Assembly: GCA_049791955.1 (NCBI GenBank)
Contig: JBARAK010000372.1
Span: forward strand, 1,729-65,728
Length of the DNA stretch: 64,000 bases
DNA from: Caulobacteraceae bacterium
Lineage (GTDB): Bacteria; Pseudomonadota; Alphaproteobacteria; Caulobacterales; Caulobacteraceae
Direction: 5' to 3'
The position numbers and the translations under genes are program-made. Under the pieces are notes generated by a model that was not told the DNA's origin, searched no databases, and was given only the letters and a program-made list of their open reading frames with translations. Positions 36,687-46,431 of this stretch are shown in pieces. Within the stretch, counting starts at the first letter, position 1. The number at the start of each line of letters is the position of its first letter.

Positions 36687-37910
36687 CTAAAGTTTTTTCT
36701 CGTCCGGCATTTGATTTGGCGGCATGTAGATGCAGTCCGGTCCGAGTTCGGCGATGGAGGGCCGTCCGAGCAGCGCCAGGGTCCGGTGCAATTCGTCGTG
36801 CAGGACCTGCAGACTGCGCGCCGCGCCTGCCTCTCCGCCGGCGGCAAGGCCATAGAGCGGTGCGCGTCCGAGCAGGACGCCATGGGCGCCGAGCGCCAAC
36901 GCCTTGGCGATGTCGGTTCCACGCCGGAAGCCGCTGTCGATCAACACGGCGAGGTCATGCCCTACGCGCTCAGCGATGGCGGGCAGCACCGTCATCGGCG
37001 ACACGGCGCCGTCAAGCTGGCGGCCGCCATGGTTGCTCAACACGATCCCGTCCGCCCCGGCGTCGCGGGCGCGGAGCGCGTCATCGGGGGAAAGGATGCC
37101 CTTCAGCATGAGTGGCCCGCGCCAGATCGAGCGCAGCCAGGCGATGGTATCCCAGTTCAGATTCGCATCCACCTCGTTGCGCGACCAGGCCGCAGCGCTC
37201 GCCAGACCGCGCTGATCGGGGGGGAGGGCGTCGAGCAGATTACCGAAAGATGGGATGCCTCGGCGCGCGACGTCCAGCAGCCAACCGGGATGGGTCGCGG
37301 CTTCGAGCTTGCTGCGCAGGGTCGGATCCGTACCTGCGCGATAATTGTGGCGGTCCCACTCGCGGTTACCGAACACCGAGGCGTCGGTCGTCACCACGAG
37401 GACTTCGCATCCCGCCGCCTGCGCGCGCGACATTAGGGTCTCCATGAACGCCCGCGAGCGGAAGACGTAGAACTGCATCCAGTGGCGCAGGCCCTCAATC
37501 TCCGCCACCGCCTCCAGTCGGGCGTTGGAGACGGTGCTCTGGATGAAGGGGACGCCGGTCGCAGCCGCCGCCCGGGCCAGGGCGAGGTCGCCATCGTGCG
37601 CGAACAGCCCGCAGAACCCGATCGGCGCGATCAACATCGGGGAGGCGGCGGTTCGGCCGAACAGTTGTACGCTCAAATCCACCTTGCCGCCGGCGACGAG
37701 CGCGCGGGGCAGAAGCTGCAGCGTCTCGAACACCGAACGATTGCGTCGAAGCGTGACCTCGTCCTCCGCGCCGCCATCGAGATACTCGAACACGAATGCG
37801 GGCAGACGCCGTCGCGCGAGATATCGCATCTCCTCTATCGAAAGCGCATCGCAAGCCTTCGCGCCTAGCGGATATCGGCGATACGGAGTTATCCCGGCGC
37901 TTCGGCCCAT
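36687..37910 (-). CDS. FMN-dependent alpha-hydroxy acid dehydrogenase/oxidase (LldD/glycolate oxidase family)
   Basis: Family motifs LKGILSPDDA, SNHGGRQLD and DSGFRRGTDIAKALALGA. Confidence 0.9.
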   Translation of the reverse strand: MGRSAGITPYRRYPLGAKACDALSIEEMRYLARRRLPAFVFEYLDGGAEDEVTLRRNRSVFETLQLLPRALVAGGKVDLSVQLFGRTAASPMLIAPIGFCGLFAHDGDLALARAAAATGVPFIQSTVSNARLEAVAEIEGLRHWMQFYVFRSRAFMETLMSRAQAAGCEVLVVTTDASVFGNREWDRHNYRAGTDPTLRSKLEAATHPGWLLDVARRGIPSFGNLLDALPPDQRGLASAAAWSRNEVDANLNWDTIAWLRSIWRGPLMLKGILSPDDALRARDAGADGIVLSNHGGRQLDGAVSPMTVLPAIAERVGHDLAVLIDSGFRRGTDIAKALALGAHGVLLGRAPLYGLAAGGEAGAARSLQVLHDELHRTLALLGRPSIAELGPDCIYMPPNQMPDEKKL

Positions 37911-37932
37911 GTGTCGAAGCGCCGGTCGCCGT

Positions 37933-40356
37933 CTAGAACTTCTTGCGAAGGTTGATGCCGAAGGTCCGGGGCGCCGCGCTGGCGGCCTCGGGCACCTCGC
38001 CGGTGGTCGCGTTGGTCGCCTCCCATACGATGGCGGTCCGGTCGAGAGCGTTCCTGATGAAGAAGTATGCGCCCCAATTCGCGTCCGGAGCTTCCACGCC
38101 CAGCCGGAAGTTGGTCAGCGCATAGGCTGGCAACTTGTCTCGCGCCGGATCGGTTGGGGGGAAACTTGAATAGGAGCCGCCGGTGTAGCTCTCGTCCGCC
38201 CGCACCGTACCGTTCATCCCGTCGCGGATCGGGTGGGTGTAGGAGATCGAAAGATCGCCCTGCAGTTCAGCCACATACGGGATGCGGTTGCCGAAGCGTC
38301 CCGGCGCGGCGACGTCGGTGGTGACCTGGTTCTGGGTCAGCCGGGGGTTTTGCAGGTCGCCGTTGGCCTCGATTTCCAGGCCTTCGATGGGGCGTAGAGC
38401 CAGCTCGTCCTCAAAGCCGTAGATGCGCGCGGCGCCGGCGTTGGCGATATAGCTGAAGGCGCCGTTGGGCGTTGTGCCAGTTACCTGCATATTGCTCCAC
38501 TCGATATCGTAGATATCGGCGTCGATGTACAGCATATGGCCAAACCACTCGGACTTGTTGCCGAGTTCGTAGTTCCATAGACTGTCGGACTTGTAGGGCG
38601 CGAACGGCGCTGGCAGGCCGAGGATCTGGTTTACGCCGCCTGGCCGAAAGCCTTCTGAAGCCTCGACATAGACTAGATTATGCGGCGCGAGCTTGTAGGA
38701 GGCGTTGAACTTGTAGACCACGCCGCTTTCGGAGCTGCTGATCACCGCGGGTCCGACCGTCTTGGTGCCCAGAAGGTATAGACCGACCGGTGTTTGGCCG
38801 GAATTGGTCTCGTCGTAGTCGAACCCTCGGATGCCGAAGGTCAGGGTGAAGTCGTGGGTGACGTCGAACGAGGCCTCGCCGAAGCCCGCGTATTGATCCA
38901 GGTGGGCAAGGATGGTGCGCTCGGAGGTGATCTCCAACGGCTCGATGATCTGGGTGGTGGCCGCGTCGCCGGTGCGCTGGTCGCTGACCGTGTAGGTACG
39001 GCGCTGGTCGGCGAAGAAACCCACTGTCCACTTGAACCGGGTGTCCCCGGTCGAACTCATGCGGATCTCGTTGCTCCAGTCGTGCACCGACTGGGGCTGG
39101 GTGGCGGTGGTCGGCAGCAGCGACAGCACGCTGTTGGTGTAGGCGGTGAGCTGGCTCGGATTGCAGGCCGCGCCGCCGTTGAACAGCGACTGGCACTTGG
39201 CCGCCGCGGTGGCCGCCGTGCCGGTGGCGCCGGGGCCGGAGATCAGGCCGCGGTAATAGCCGTCCAGGTCGTTGGTGGTGAGCTGGTAGCGGTTCTCGTA
39301 CGAGGACACCGCCGTCACCGTCACCGGTCCCGCGTCGTAGTGGGCGGTCAGGCTGTACAGGTCGACGTTGTCCGAAATCGGCTGGGCCAGGTAGGTGCTG
39401 GATTCGTATTGTCCCACCCGCGGGAACCAGTAGGGCTGGCTGCCGGTGCTGCGCTGGTAATAGGCGGTTCCATCGATGGTCAGGTTCTCCAGCGGCTGGT
39501 AGCGCACCAGCAGACGGCCGCCATAGCTGTGGTAGTCGCCAAGATCATCGGCGCCTGTGCGCACGTTGGTGATGTAGCCGGGCGTATCCCGATCGAAGGC
39601 CACCACCCGCGCGGCGAGCTTGTCCAGCAGCGGCACGTTCAGGACGCCGTTGATCTCGCCGCCGCTGCCGCCGTGGTCGACCGTGTCGCCGGTCGCGTCG
39701 AGCTCGCCACCCCACTCGCCGAACACTGGTTTGTTGGTGATCACCCGGAAGGTGCCGCTCATCGAGCCCGAGCCGTACAACGTTCCCTGAGGACCGCGCA
39801 GCACCTCGATGCGCTGGGTGTCGAACAGGCCGAGCTCCGGTGTCCGCGAGCCGGGATCCCCGGTCGTGCCGGAGGAGCCCGTGACTGGAGTCTCGTCGTA
39901 ATAGGTGCCGACCGTTGGCTCGCCCGGCCCGTAAACGCCACGGATCACCACACGGCGCGAACCAGGGCCGGCGTCCACGACGGTCACGCCAGGAGCCAGG
40001 CGACCCACATCGGTGATGTCGACCACGCCTGCGGCCACGAGTTGATCGCCCGTAATCGCAGTGATGGCCAGCGGGGTGTTCTCGACGGTGGTGCTGCGCT
40101 TCAGGGCGGTGACCACGACCTCGCCCACGGTCGCGCTGGAGGTTGCGGCCCCGGCCGAGCTTTTCGCGCTGTTTCCGCTCGGCTTGGGGGTCGCTGTTTG
40201 GGGCGGAGCCGACGGTGGCGGTCTGGGCGAGTCCGTCTGGACGGGCGCTTGAGCCCAGGCGACGCCTGTCATGGATGACATGGCGGTTGCTAACAGAAAC
40301 GATCTTAAATCGATTCCGAGGTGCAGTTTCCAGGTCGAGCGGTTCGAATACGTCAT
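37933..40356 (-). CDS. TonB-dependent receptor
   Basis: GGAGGGG RBS before ATG 40356. Signal peptide, a Pro/Ser-rich linker, plug domain (IEVLRGPQGTLYGSGSMSGTF) and a barrel ending RKKF. Confidence 0.9.
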   Translation of the reverse strand: MTYSNRSTWKLHLGIDLRSFLLATAMSSMTGVAWAQAPVQTDSPRPPPSAPPQTATPKPSGNSAKSSAGAATSSATVGEVVVTALKRSTTVENTPLAITAITGDQLVAAGVVDITDVGRLAPGVTVVDAGPGSRRVVIRGVYGPGEPTVGTYYDETPVTGSSGTTGDPGSRTPELGLFDTQRIEVLRGPQGTLYGSGSMSGTFRVITNKPVFGEWGGELDATGDTVDHGGSGGEINGVLNVPLLDKLAARVVAFDRDTPGYITNVRTGADDLGDYHSYGGRLLVRYQPLENLTIDGTAYYQRSTGSQPYWFPRVGQYESSTYLAQPISDNVDLYSLTAHYDAGPVTVTAVSSYENRYQLTTNDLDGYYRGLISGPGATGTAATAAAKCQSLFNGGAACNPSQLTAYTNSVLSLLPTTATQPQSVHDWSNEIRMSSTGDTRFKWTVGFFADQRRTYTVSDQRTGDAATTQIIEPLEITSERTILAHLDQYAGFGEASFDVTHDFTLTFGIRGFDYDETNSGQTPVGLYLLGTKTVGPAVISSSESGVVYKFNASYKLAPHNLVYVEASEGFRPGGVNQILGLPAPFAPYKSDSLWNYELGNKSEWFGHMLYIDADIYDIEWSNMQVTGTTPNGAFSYIANAGAARIYGFEDELALRPIEGLEIEANGDLQNPRLTQNQVTTDVAAPGRFGNRIPYVAELQGDLSISYTHPIRDGMNGTVRADESYTGGSYSSFPPTDPARDKLPAYALTNFRLGVEAPDANWGAYFFIRNALDRTAIVWEATNATTGEVPEAASAAPRTFGINLRKKF

Positions 40357-40599
40357 GCAGATCCCCTCCATCGCCCCACCGTTCAGGTGGATTGCGGACG
40401 CACATCAAAGTTAAATCCGAGGGCCGGAAGTTTTTGTTGTGCCTGCTTACGCCACTATTAATATTATTATTTTTGCTTAATTGTGCGGACCTGAGGCTCC
40501 GCATCCCCGATGCTTTTCGGATCGGTCGCTACCGCTGTCACAAAAATATGCCCGTTTTCATATGTGTGTGCAACAGAAAAAGTTTAGACATGAAACAAC

Positions 40600-41955
40600 C
40601 TATCGCGGCGGATCGGGTGGCGCCCCTTCTGGTTGTCCTGCTGCCGAAGGTACGAGCCATCCAAGCATGGCGGCTGCGACGGCCATGGCCCCCGCAAACA
40701 GATACATGGGAATATCGAGTGATCCGGTGGTTTGCTTGAGCACGGCCACGACATAGGGCGAGAAGAACCCAGGCAGGTTTCCGATAGCGGAAATCAGCGC
40801 AATCGCCGCCGCCGCCGCCGCACCCTGGAACATGGCCGCGGGAAGGTTCCAGAAGACGGGCAACGATCCCATCGCGCCGGCGGTTGCGAGGGCGCAGAGC
40901 AGGATTGCGGTTCCGACGTGTCCGCGCGCCCACGGACTCAAGCCCCATCCCAGGGCCGAGATCAGCGCCAGGCCGACCAGCACAGCCCGTGTACGGCCTC
41001 GGCGATCGACATAGGCGCCGGCGACCAGCATGGCTGCGACGCCGGCCATCCATGGCAACGCGCTGAGCAGGCCGATCGCGAGAGGATCAGCGACGCCGGA
41101 AGCCTGGACGATGGTGGGCAACCAGAAGACCAGGCCAAAGAACGAGACGCCGTAGCAGGCATAGACCAGGCCCAACGCCAGAACGCGCGGATGGCTGAGC
41201 GCTCGCAGTAGGGATGCGTCGCTGGCTGACGCGTGTTCGGTCGTGACCAGGGTGGCGATCCTGGCGCGCTCAGCCGGATTCAGCCAGGCCGCGTCCCGGG
41301 GGGAGCGGTTGAGCAGGCGAGGGGTGATCAGTCCCAGCAGGATCGCCGGCGCGCCTTCGAACAGGAACAGCCAGCGCCATCCTGCCATGCCCGCAAAGCC
41401 ATTGAGGCGCGCCAGGATCAATCCGGAGACAGGTCCGACCATCACGCCCGACATGGCGATTGCACTCATGAACAGTGCGGTCATGCGCGTGCGCCGGGCA
41501 GCGGGAAACCAATCGCCGAGATAGTAGATCACGCCCGGAAAGAAGCCCGCCTCCGCCACGCCCAGGAGGAATCTGAGCAAATAGAATTGAAGGGGCGTGC
41601 GGATGAACATCATCGCCACTGACACGACGCCCCAGCTCACCATGATGCGCCCCAGCCAGCTAGGCGCCCCGAAGCGCCTCAACAGGATATTGCTCGGCAC
41701 TTCGCAGGCGACGTAGCCAATGAAGAAGACGCCGGCGCCGATTCCGTAGATCACCTCGCTGAAGCGTAGATCCGCCAGCATGGTCAGCTTGGCGAACCCC
41801 ACGTCCATCCGGTCGACCTGGGCGATCAGGTAGCAGAGGAAAAGGAAGGGAATGAACCGCCAGGCGACCTTGCGGAACAGCGCTTCGTCCATCGCCGTCG
41901 AGTCGCCGACTTCGACTGCGATCGCCCGGCTGACGTTGCTCTCGCTCATGGCCAT
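40600..41955 (-). CDS. MFS transporter (ACS-like), paralog of 34165..35460
   Basis: QVDRMDVGFAKLTM and LRFLLGVAEAGFFPG. It starts 6 nt downstream of the FAD-oxidase gene stop. Confidence 0.9.
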   Translation of the reverse strand: MAMSESNVSRAIAVEVGDSTAMDEALFRKVAWRFIPFLFLCYLIAQVDRMDVGFAKLTMLADLRFSEVIYGIGAGVFFIGYVACEVPSNILLRRFGAPSWLGRIMVSWGVVSVAMMFIRTPLQFYLLRFLLGVAEAGFFPGVIYYLGDWFPAARRTRMTALFMSAIAMSGVMVGPVSGLILARLNGFAGMAGWRWLFLFEGAPAILLGLITPRLLNRSPRDAAWLNPAERARIATLVTTEHASASDASLLRALSHPRVLALGLVYACYGVSFFGLVFWLPTIVQASGVADPLAIGLLSALPWMAGVAAMLVAGAYVDRRGRTRAVLVGLALISALGWGLSPWARGHVGTAILLCALATAGAMGSLPVFWNLPAAMFQGAAAAAAIALISAIGNLPGFFSPYVVAVLKQTTGSLDIPMYLFAGAMAVAAAMLGWLVPSAAGQPEGAPPDPPR

Positions 41956-41961
41956 CGTCCG

Positions 41962-43350
41962 TCAGCCGAGGATGCGGCCGGGGTTGAGCACGTTGTGGGG
42001 GTCGAGCGCCGATTTGATCGCCGCCATCGCTGCCAATTCCTCCGCCGTCCGCGTCCGCCCCAGCACGCCGCGTTTCTTGATGCCGATGCCATGCTCGGCC
42101 GAGACAGAGCCGTGGAGGTCTGAAACAACGTCGTAGACCAGCGTCTCCACATCCGTCCGGATCGTCTCGGTTGCGCCCGGGACATCGGCCAGAAGGTGGA
42201 TGTTGCCGTCGCCGAGATGGCCGTAGATCAGGGCCAGCGATCCGCGGTAGCGAGCCGCCATCGCCTGCGAAAGACGGTCCGCCGCCTCCGCCACATCGCG
42301 TACGGCGAAGCTGATGTCGAAGGCGATCATATCTGGAAGGAGCTTGAGGAATTCGCCCGGCGCATCGCGGATGGCCCAGAACGCCCCGACGTCGCGCTCG
42401 GACATGGCGATGGCCGCGTCCTCGACGATTCCGGCCTCGAGCATACGTCCGAGGAAGGCCTGGAACTGGGCCGATTGAGCCTCGGGGTCGGCGCCGTCCG
42501 TCTCAAGCAGAACATGGAAGCCGTGCGCGCCAGCGAGCGGCCGGCGCAGGTGGGGCAGGTTGGTCAGCACGAAGTCGTAGTAGCTCGGCCACATGACCTC
42601 GAAGGCCGACACCCCGCCTGCGAGTTCGGCCTGCGCGCGTCTGAGCAGGGTGGTCACCGCACCGAAGTCGGCAAGGCCGCACCATGCGGTCGAAACAGCC
42701 GTCGGCCGAGGCCGCAATCGCAGCACCGCTTGGGTGATCACGCCCAGCGTCCCCTCGCTGCCGATCAGCAGGTTCTTCAGGTCATAGCCGGTGTTGTTCT
42801 TAAGCATCTTGTGCAGGCCGCCGACCACCCGGCCGTCAGCGAGCACCGCCTCAAGCCCCAGCACGTGCTCGCGCATCATGCCGTACTTGATCACCCGGTT
42901 GCCGCCGGCGTTGGTTCCGAGCAGGCCGCCGATAGTGCAACTGCCGCGCGCGCCCAGATCCAGGGGAAAGTAGTAGCCCGCCTCCGCGGCCGTATCCTGT
43001 ATGGTCTGGAGGATCGCCCCGGCTTCGACGGTCAGGGTCGCGGAGACCGGATCGACCTCGACGACGGCGCGCATACGCTCCAGGCTTAGCGCCATCTCGC
43101 CATCGCGGACGCATGCGGAACCGGCCAGGCCCGTCAGGCCGCCCTGCACGGCCACTGGCTGGCCATGAGCGATGCAGATCGAAAGCGCGCGCGACACGTC
43201 CCGGGTGCTCCGCGGACGTAGCAGCCCGGCGGGCGCCCCGGCCGGAACCCTGCTCCAGTCGGCCAAGGCCCGCTCGCCAAGCGCATGCGACGGCGTGACC
43301 ACCTCCGGGCCCAGGGCTTGCAGCAGGGCGTCGAGAGCGCCGCTGTTCAT
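41962..43350 (-). CDS. FAD-binding oxidoreductase (FAD-linked oxidase, GlcD/D-lactate dehydrogenase-like)
   Basis: FAD_binding_4 motifs (PVAVQGGLTGLAGS, LGTNAGGNRVIKYGMMREHVLGLEAVLADG) and a C-terminal GSVSAEHGIG. Start chosen at MNSGALDALL; 43437 is possible. Confidence 0.85.
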   Translation of the reverse strand: MNSGALDALLQALGPEVVTPSHALGERALADWSRVPAGAPAGLLRPRSTRDVSRALSICIAHGQPVAVQGGLTGLAGSACVRDGEMALSLERMRAVVEVDPVSATLTVEAGAILQTIQDTAAEAGYYFPLDLGARGSCTIGGLLGTNAGGNRVIKYGMMREHVLGLEAVLADGRVVGGLHKMLKNNTGYDLKNLLIGSEGTLGVITQAVLRLRPRPTAVSTAWCGLADFGAVTTLLRRAQAELAGGVSAFEVMWPSYYDFVLTNLPHLRRPLAGAHGFHVLLETDGADPEAQSAQFQAFLGRMLEAGIVEDAAIAMSERDVGAFWAIRDAPGEFLKLLPDMIAFDISFAVRDVAEAADRLSQAMAARYRGSLALIYGHLGDGNIHLLADVPGATETIRTDVETLVYDVVSDLHGSVSAEHGIGIKKRGVLGRTRTAEELAAMAAIKSALDPHNVLNPGRILG

Positions 43351-43390
43351 GGATCGACCGGGGCGAGGATCATGGACGTCCCACACAAAC

Positions 43391-43461
43391 CGTATACGAA
43401 TTTGGTCAGTTGGTGGGTGCGTTTTGGCCCTTGTCAAGCCGATTTACTCGTATTTCATACG
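43391..43461. promoter_or_regulatory. candidate GntR operator half-sites in the divergent promoter
   Basis: Palindrome CGTATACG (43391-43398) and inverted repeat CGTAT-TTC-ATACG (43449-43461) lie between the FAD-oxidase start (43350) and the GntR start. Confidence 0.3.
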
Positions 43462-43556
43462 CTATGACTGAATCCGGCAGGAAGTGTTCAGCAGATTTCA
43501 GTATGCGGTTTGTGGCGTAGCAAGGTGTGGCGCAGGCGATCGCGTCGGGAGAACGC

Positions 43557-44207
43557 ATGCAGCAGGGTTCGCCGATCTATCTTGAATTGCTCAGCCGCAT
43601 ACGAGGCGGCGCGGTAGGGCAGGGGGAGCGGCTGGTCGACACCACCCTGGCGGCGGAGCTGGGCGTATCGAGGATGCCGGTCCGTGAAGCGCTGCTGCGA
43701 TTGGTGCACGAAGGTTACCTGGTCGGCACCACCCGTGGTTTCCGTCTGCCGGAATTGTCGCGTCAGGACGTCGCCGACATATTCGAGGTGCGTCGCCTGC
43801 TTGAGCCACGCGCGGCCGCGACCGCCGCCGCCGGGCTGACGCCAGCCGCCCTCGCCATGCTGGAGGCCGCCTTCGAAGCCGCCCACGCGGCTCTCGCCGA
43901 GGATGAGCAGGAGGCCTTCATGGAGGCCAACAGCCGTTTTCGCCAAGCCTGGCTGGACGCGACGCCAAATCGCCGTTTGGCTTCCGCGATCGCCCGGTTC
44001 GTCGATCACGTGCAGCTCATCCGCCATGGCACGCTGCAAAATCCGGCTTCGCGCCAGGCGGCGATGTCCTTGCTCGAGGAACTGATGCTGGGGTTTCGCC
44101 GTAGGGACGCCCTGGCGGTGCAGGATGTCATGATGCGTTTCGTCGACCGGGCGCAGGAACTGTACTTCGCTCTCACCGATTTCGATGAACCTTCTTCCCG
44201 GAGATGA
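43557..44207 (+). CDS. GntR family transcriptional regulator (FadR/FCD subfamily)
   Basis: wHTH ELGVSRMPVREALLRLVHEGYL plus an FCD-type helical C-terminal domain. ATG 43557 follows GGGAGA; GTG 43527 is the alternative. Confidence 0.85.
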   Translation: MQQGSPIYLELLSRIRGGAVGQGERLVDTTLAAELGVSRMPVREALLRLVHEGYLVGTTRGFRLPELSRQDVADIFEVRRLLEPRAAATAAAGLTPAALAMLEAAFEAAHAALAEDEQEAFMEANSRFRQAWLDATPNRRLASAIARFVDHVQLIRHGTLQNPASRQAAMSLLEELMLGFRRRDALAVQDVMMRFVDRAQELYFALTDFDEPSSRR

Positions 44208-44956
44208 CTGTGGACCAGACGACGGCCGCATCGGCGCTACGCGACAAGCTGCGAGGCGAGGGGCTCTGGATGGCCTGGTTCTCCATAGGCTCCGTTCCCG
44301 TGATGGAGCTCGGCGTGCGCGCGGGCTTCGACGCGGCGGTGGTCGATCTGCAGCACGGCCTATGGGATCGTCTGAGCGCCCATCTGGCTGTCAGCGCGTC
44401 GGGCGCCACGCCGGTCCTGGCGCGCACGGCCAGCGCGACGCCTGAAGCCATTGGCGAGGCGCTTGATAGCGGGGCGGTTGGCGTGATCGTTCCCTTGATC
44501 GAGACAGCGGCGCAAGCGGCCTCGGTGGTCGCGGCGACCAACTTTCCGCCCAGGGGGAATCGCTCGGGCGGCGGTGTGCGTCCGGTAGGGGAGGGGTTCG
44601 CCAATTACTGGCGACGCAGCGCCGCTCCCATCGTCGGCGTGATGATCGAAACGGTGGCGGGTCTGCACAATGCAGCGGAGATCGCACGTACGCCGGGGCT
44701 CGATCTGGTCTTCATCGGACCGGGCGACCTGGCGCTGTCGATCGGTTGCTTTCCAGAATTGGACGCCCGCCACGAGGAAGCTTGCCAAGCCATCCTGCAA
44801 GCCTGTCGCGCGGCGGAGACGCCCTGCGGGATATTCACCTTCAACGCGACCGCTGCGCGCGCCCGACTTGAGGAGGGCTACGCCGCTGCGGTCGCCGCCA
44901 ATGACATCGAGGTGGTGGCTTCGGGTTTTGCTGCGGGTCGGCGCGGGATCGAGTGA
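44204..44956 (+). CDS. HpcH/HpaI family aldolase
   Basis: DAAVVDLQHG, GVIVPLIETAAQA, VGVMIETVAG and FIGPGDLALS. ATGA overlap with the GntR stop. Confidence 0.85.
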   Translation: MTVDQTTAASALRDKLRGEGLWMAWFSIGSVPVMELGVRAGFDAAVVDLQHGLWDRLSAHLAVSASGATPVLARTASATPEAIGEALDSGAVGVIVPLIETAAQAASVVAATNFPPRGNRSGGGVRPVGEGFANYWRRSAAPIVGVMIETVAGLHNAAEIARTPGLDLVFIGPGDLALSIGCFPELDARHEEACQAILQACRAAETPCGIFTFNATAARARLEEGYAAAVAANDIEVVASGFAAGRRGIE

Positions 44957-44977
44957 CGAGAGCGTCCGTGGGCCGTG

Positions 44978-46402
44978 TCAGCTTCCGGTATAGCGTCGTT
45001 TCTGCTCGCCTCCGGCCAGCGGTAACTTGCTCTCGTCGATGATCTCGCCGGACTTCATCACCAGGGCGATGGCTTTGCAGTTATTGATGTTGGCGGCCGG
45101 GTCGGCGTTCAGCAGCACCGCATCGGCGATCTTGCCTTCCTCCACGCTGCCCATCTGCTCCTGTTTCCCGATGAATCGGGCGCCGTTGTAGGTGGCGATC
45201 TTGATGATCTCGAGGTTCGGGATGCCGGCCTGGGCGAGAAGTTCGAGTTCACGCTGGGTGCTGGCGCCGTTGCTGGTGTCGGTGCCGGTGGCGATCACGC
45301 CCCCCGCCGCGTCGATGCGGCGAAGGTTGTCCTGCAGGATCGGCGTCTGGGTCTGCATCCAGAGCCTCCAGGTGCGTTGATATAGCGGAGGGCTGCTCTT
45401 CAACGCGGTCTCACCGCCGGCCGCTGCGAGCTTCTTGAGCTGGTCGCGCTCCTGGGCGGTCATGGTCGCGACGTACAGCGGCTGGTCCAGGTATTCCGGA
45501 TGGTCATGGACCCGGCTGTAGTTGTCGCCGATGGTCATGGTGCTGGCCATCGGGATCTGTTTGGCGGCCACCATCTTGACGAAGGCGTCGGTGACCGGAC
45601 CCTGCACGGGCGTATGCGCCAGGGTGTCGACGCCGGAATAGATCGCCTCGCGCGCCCGGCTTTCATTGGAGATGTGAACGGTCGTGCGCACACCGTGGTC
45701 GTTGTAGAACTCGATAATGTGCTGCAACAGGTCCTTGGGCAGGATCGGGATCAGGGGGCGCGCGCCCCAGCCCTCGTCGTCATAGGTGATCTTCTGGACG
45801 TCGGGGTGCTGGCTGTCGAACTGGGCCTGCAACTGAGCCTTGGCTTCGGGCCATGTACTGACGTTGATGGCGATGTCGGTGCCGTGGCTGCCCGGATAGG
45901 TGACCAGGTTGCCGGTGGCGAAGATGTGGGGAGCCAGGATCTTGCCCGCCCGTTCGTCGGCGCGCAGCGGCAGGATGTTCTGCGGGATGTTGCCTACGTC
46001 CAGCACCGTCGTCACGCCGGCGTAGAGGAAGCTGCCGAGCGCCTCCTCGCCGGTCTTGCGGTCCACGGTCCAGTCGCCATCCGAAGCCGGTCGGTTGGCT
46101 GTGGTCCAGGCCTTGCCCGCGCGGGAGAAGCCCTTCAGGTGGATGTGGATGTCCATCAGGCCGGGGATCAGATACTTGCCCCGTCCGTCGATCACCTTGC
46201 CCTTGGGCGCCCCGGCCACCGAGGTTGGGAGGATTTCGACAAACCGATCTCCGTCCACCACCACGGTCATGTCCCGCTTCGGCGCGCGCCCGGTTCCGTC
46301 GATCAGGGTGACATGCTGGAAGGTGTAGACCGCCGCATGGGCGCTTCCTGTGGCCGTCGACAGGACGATGGCGGCGGCGAGGAGTCTGGCGCGAAGCTTC
46401 AT
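44978..46402 (-). CDS. exported amidohydrolase family protein
   Basis: Signal peptide MKLRARLLAAAIVLSTATGSAHA. Metal motif PGLMDIHIHL, with HTPV later and TGTDTSNG near the C-terminus. Confidence 0.85.
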   Translation of the reverse strand: MKLRARLLAAAIVLSTATGSAHAAVYTFQHVTLIDGTGRAPKRDMTVVVDGDRFVEILPTSVAGAPKGKVIDGRGKYLIPGLMDIHIHLKGFSRAGKAWTTANRPASDGDWTVDRKTGEEALGSFLYAGVTTVLDVGNIPQNILPLRADERAGKILAPHIFATGNLVTYPGSHGTDIAINVSTWPEAKAQLQAQFDSQHPDVQKITYDDEGWGARPLIPILPKDLLQHIIEFYNDHGVRTTVHISNESRAREAIYSGVDTLAHTPVQGPVTDAFVKMVAAKQIPMASTMTIGDNYSRVHDHPEYLDQPLYVATMTAQERDQLKKLAAAGGETALKSSPPLYQRTWRLWMQTQTPILQDNLRRIDAAGGVIATGTDTSNGASTQRELELLAQAGIPNLEIIKIATYNGARFIGKQEQMGSVEEGKIADAVLLNADPAANINNCKAIALVMKSGEIIDESKLPLAGGEQKRRYTGS

Positions 46403-46431
46403 GATCGTGTCCCGGCGAAGGTGGAGGGAAG

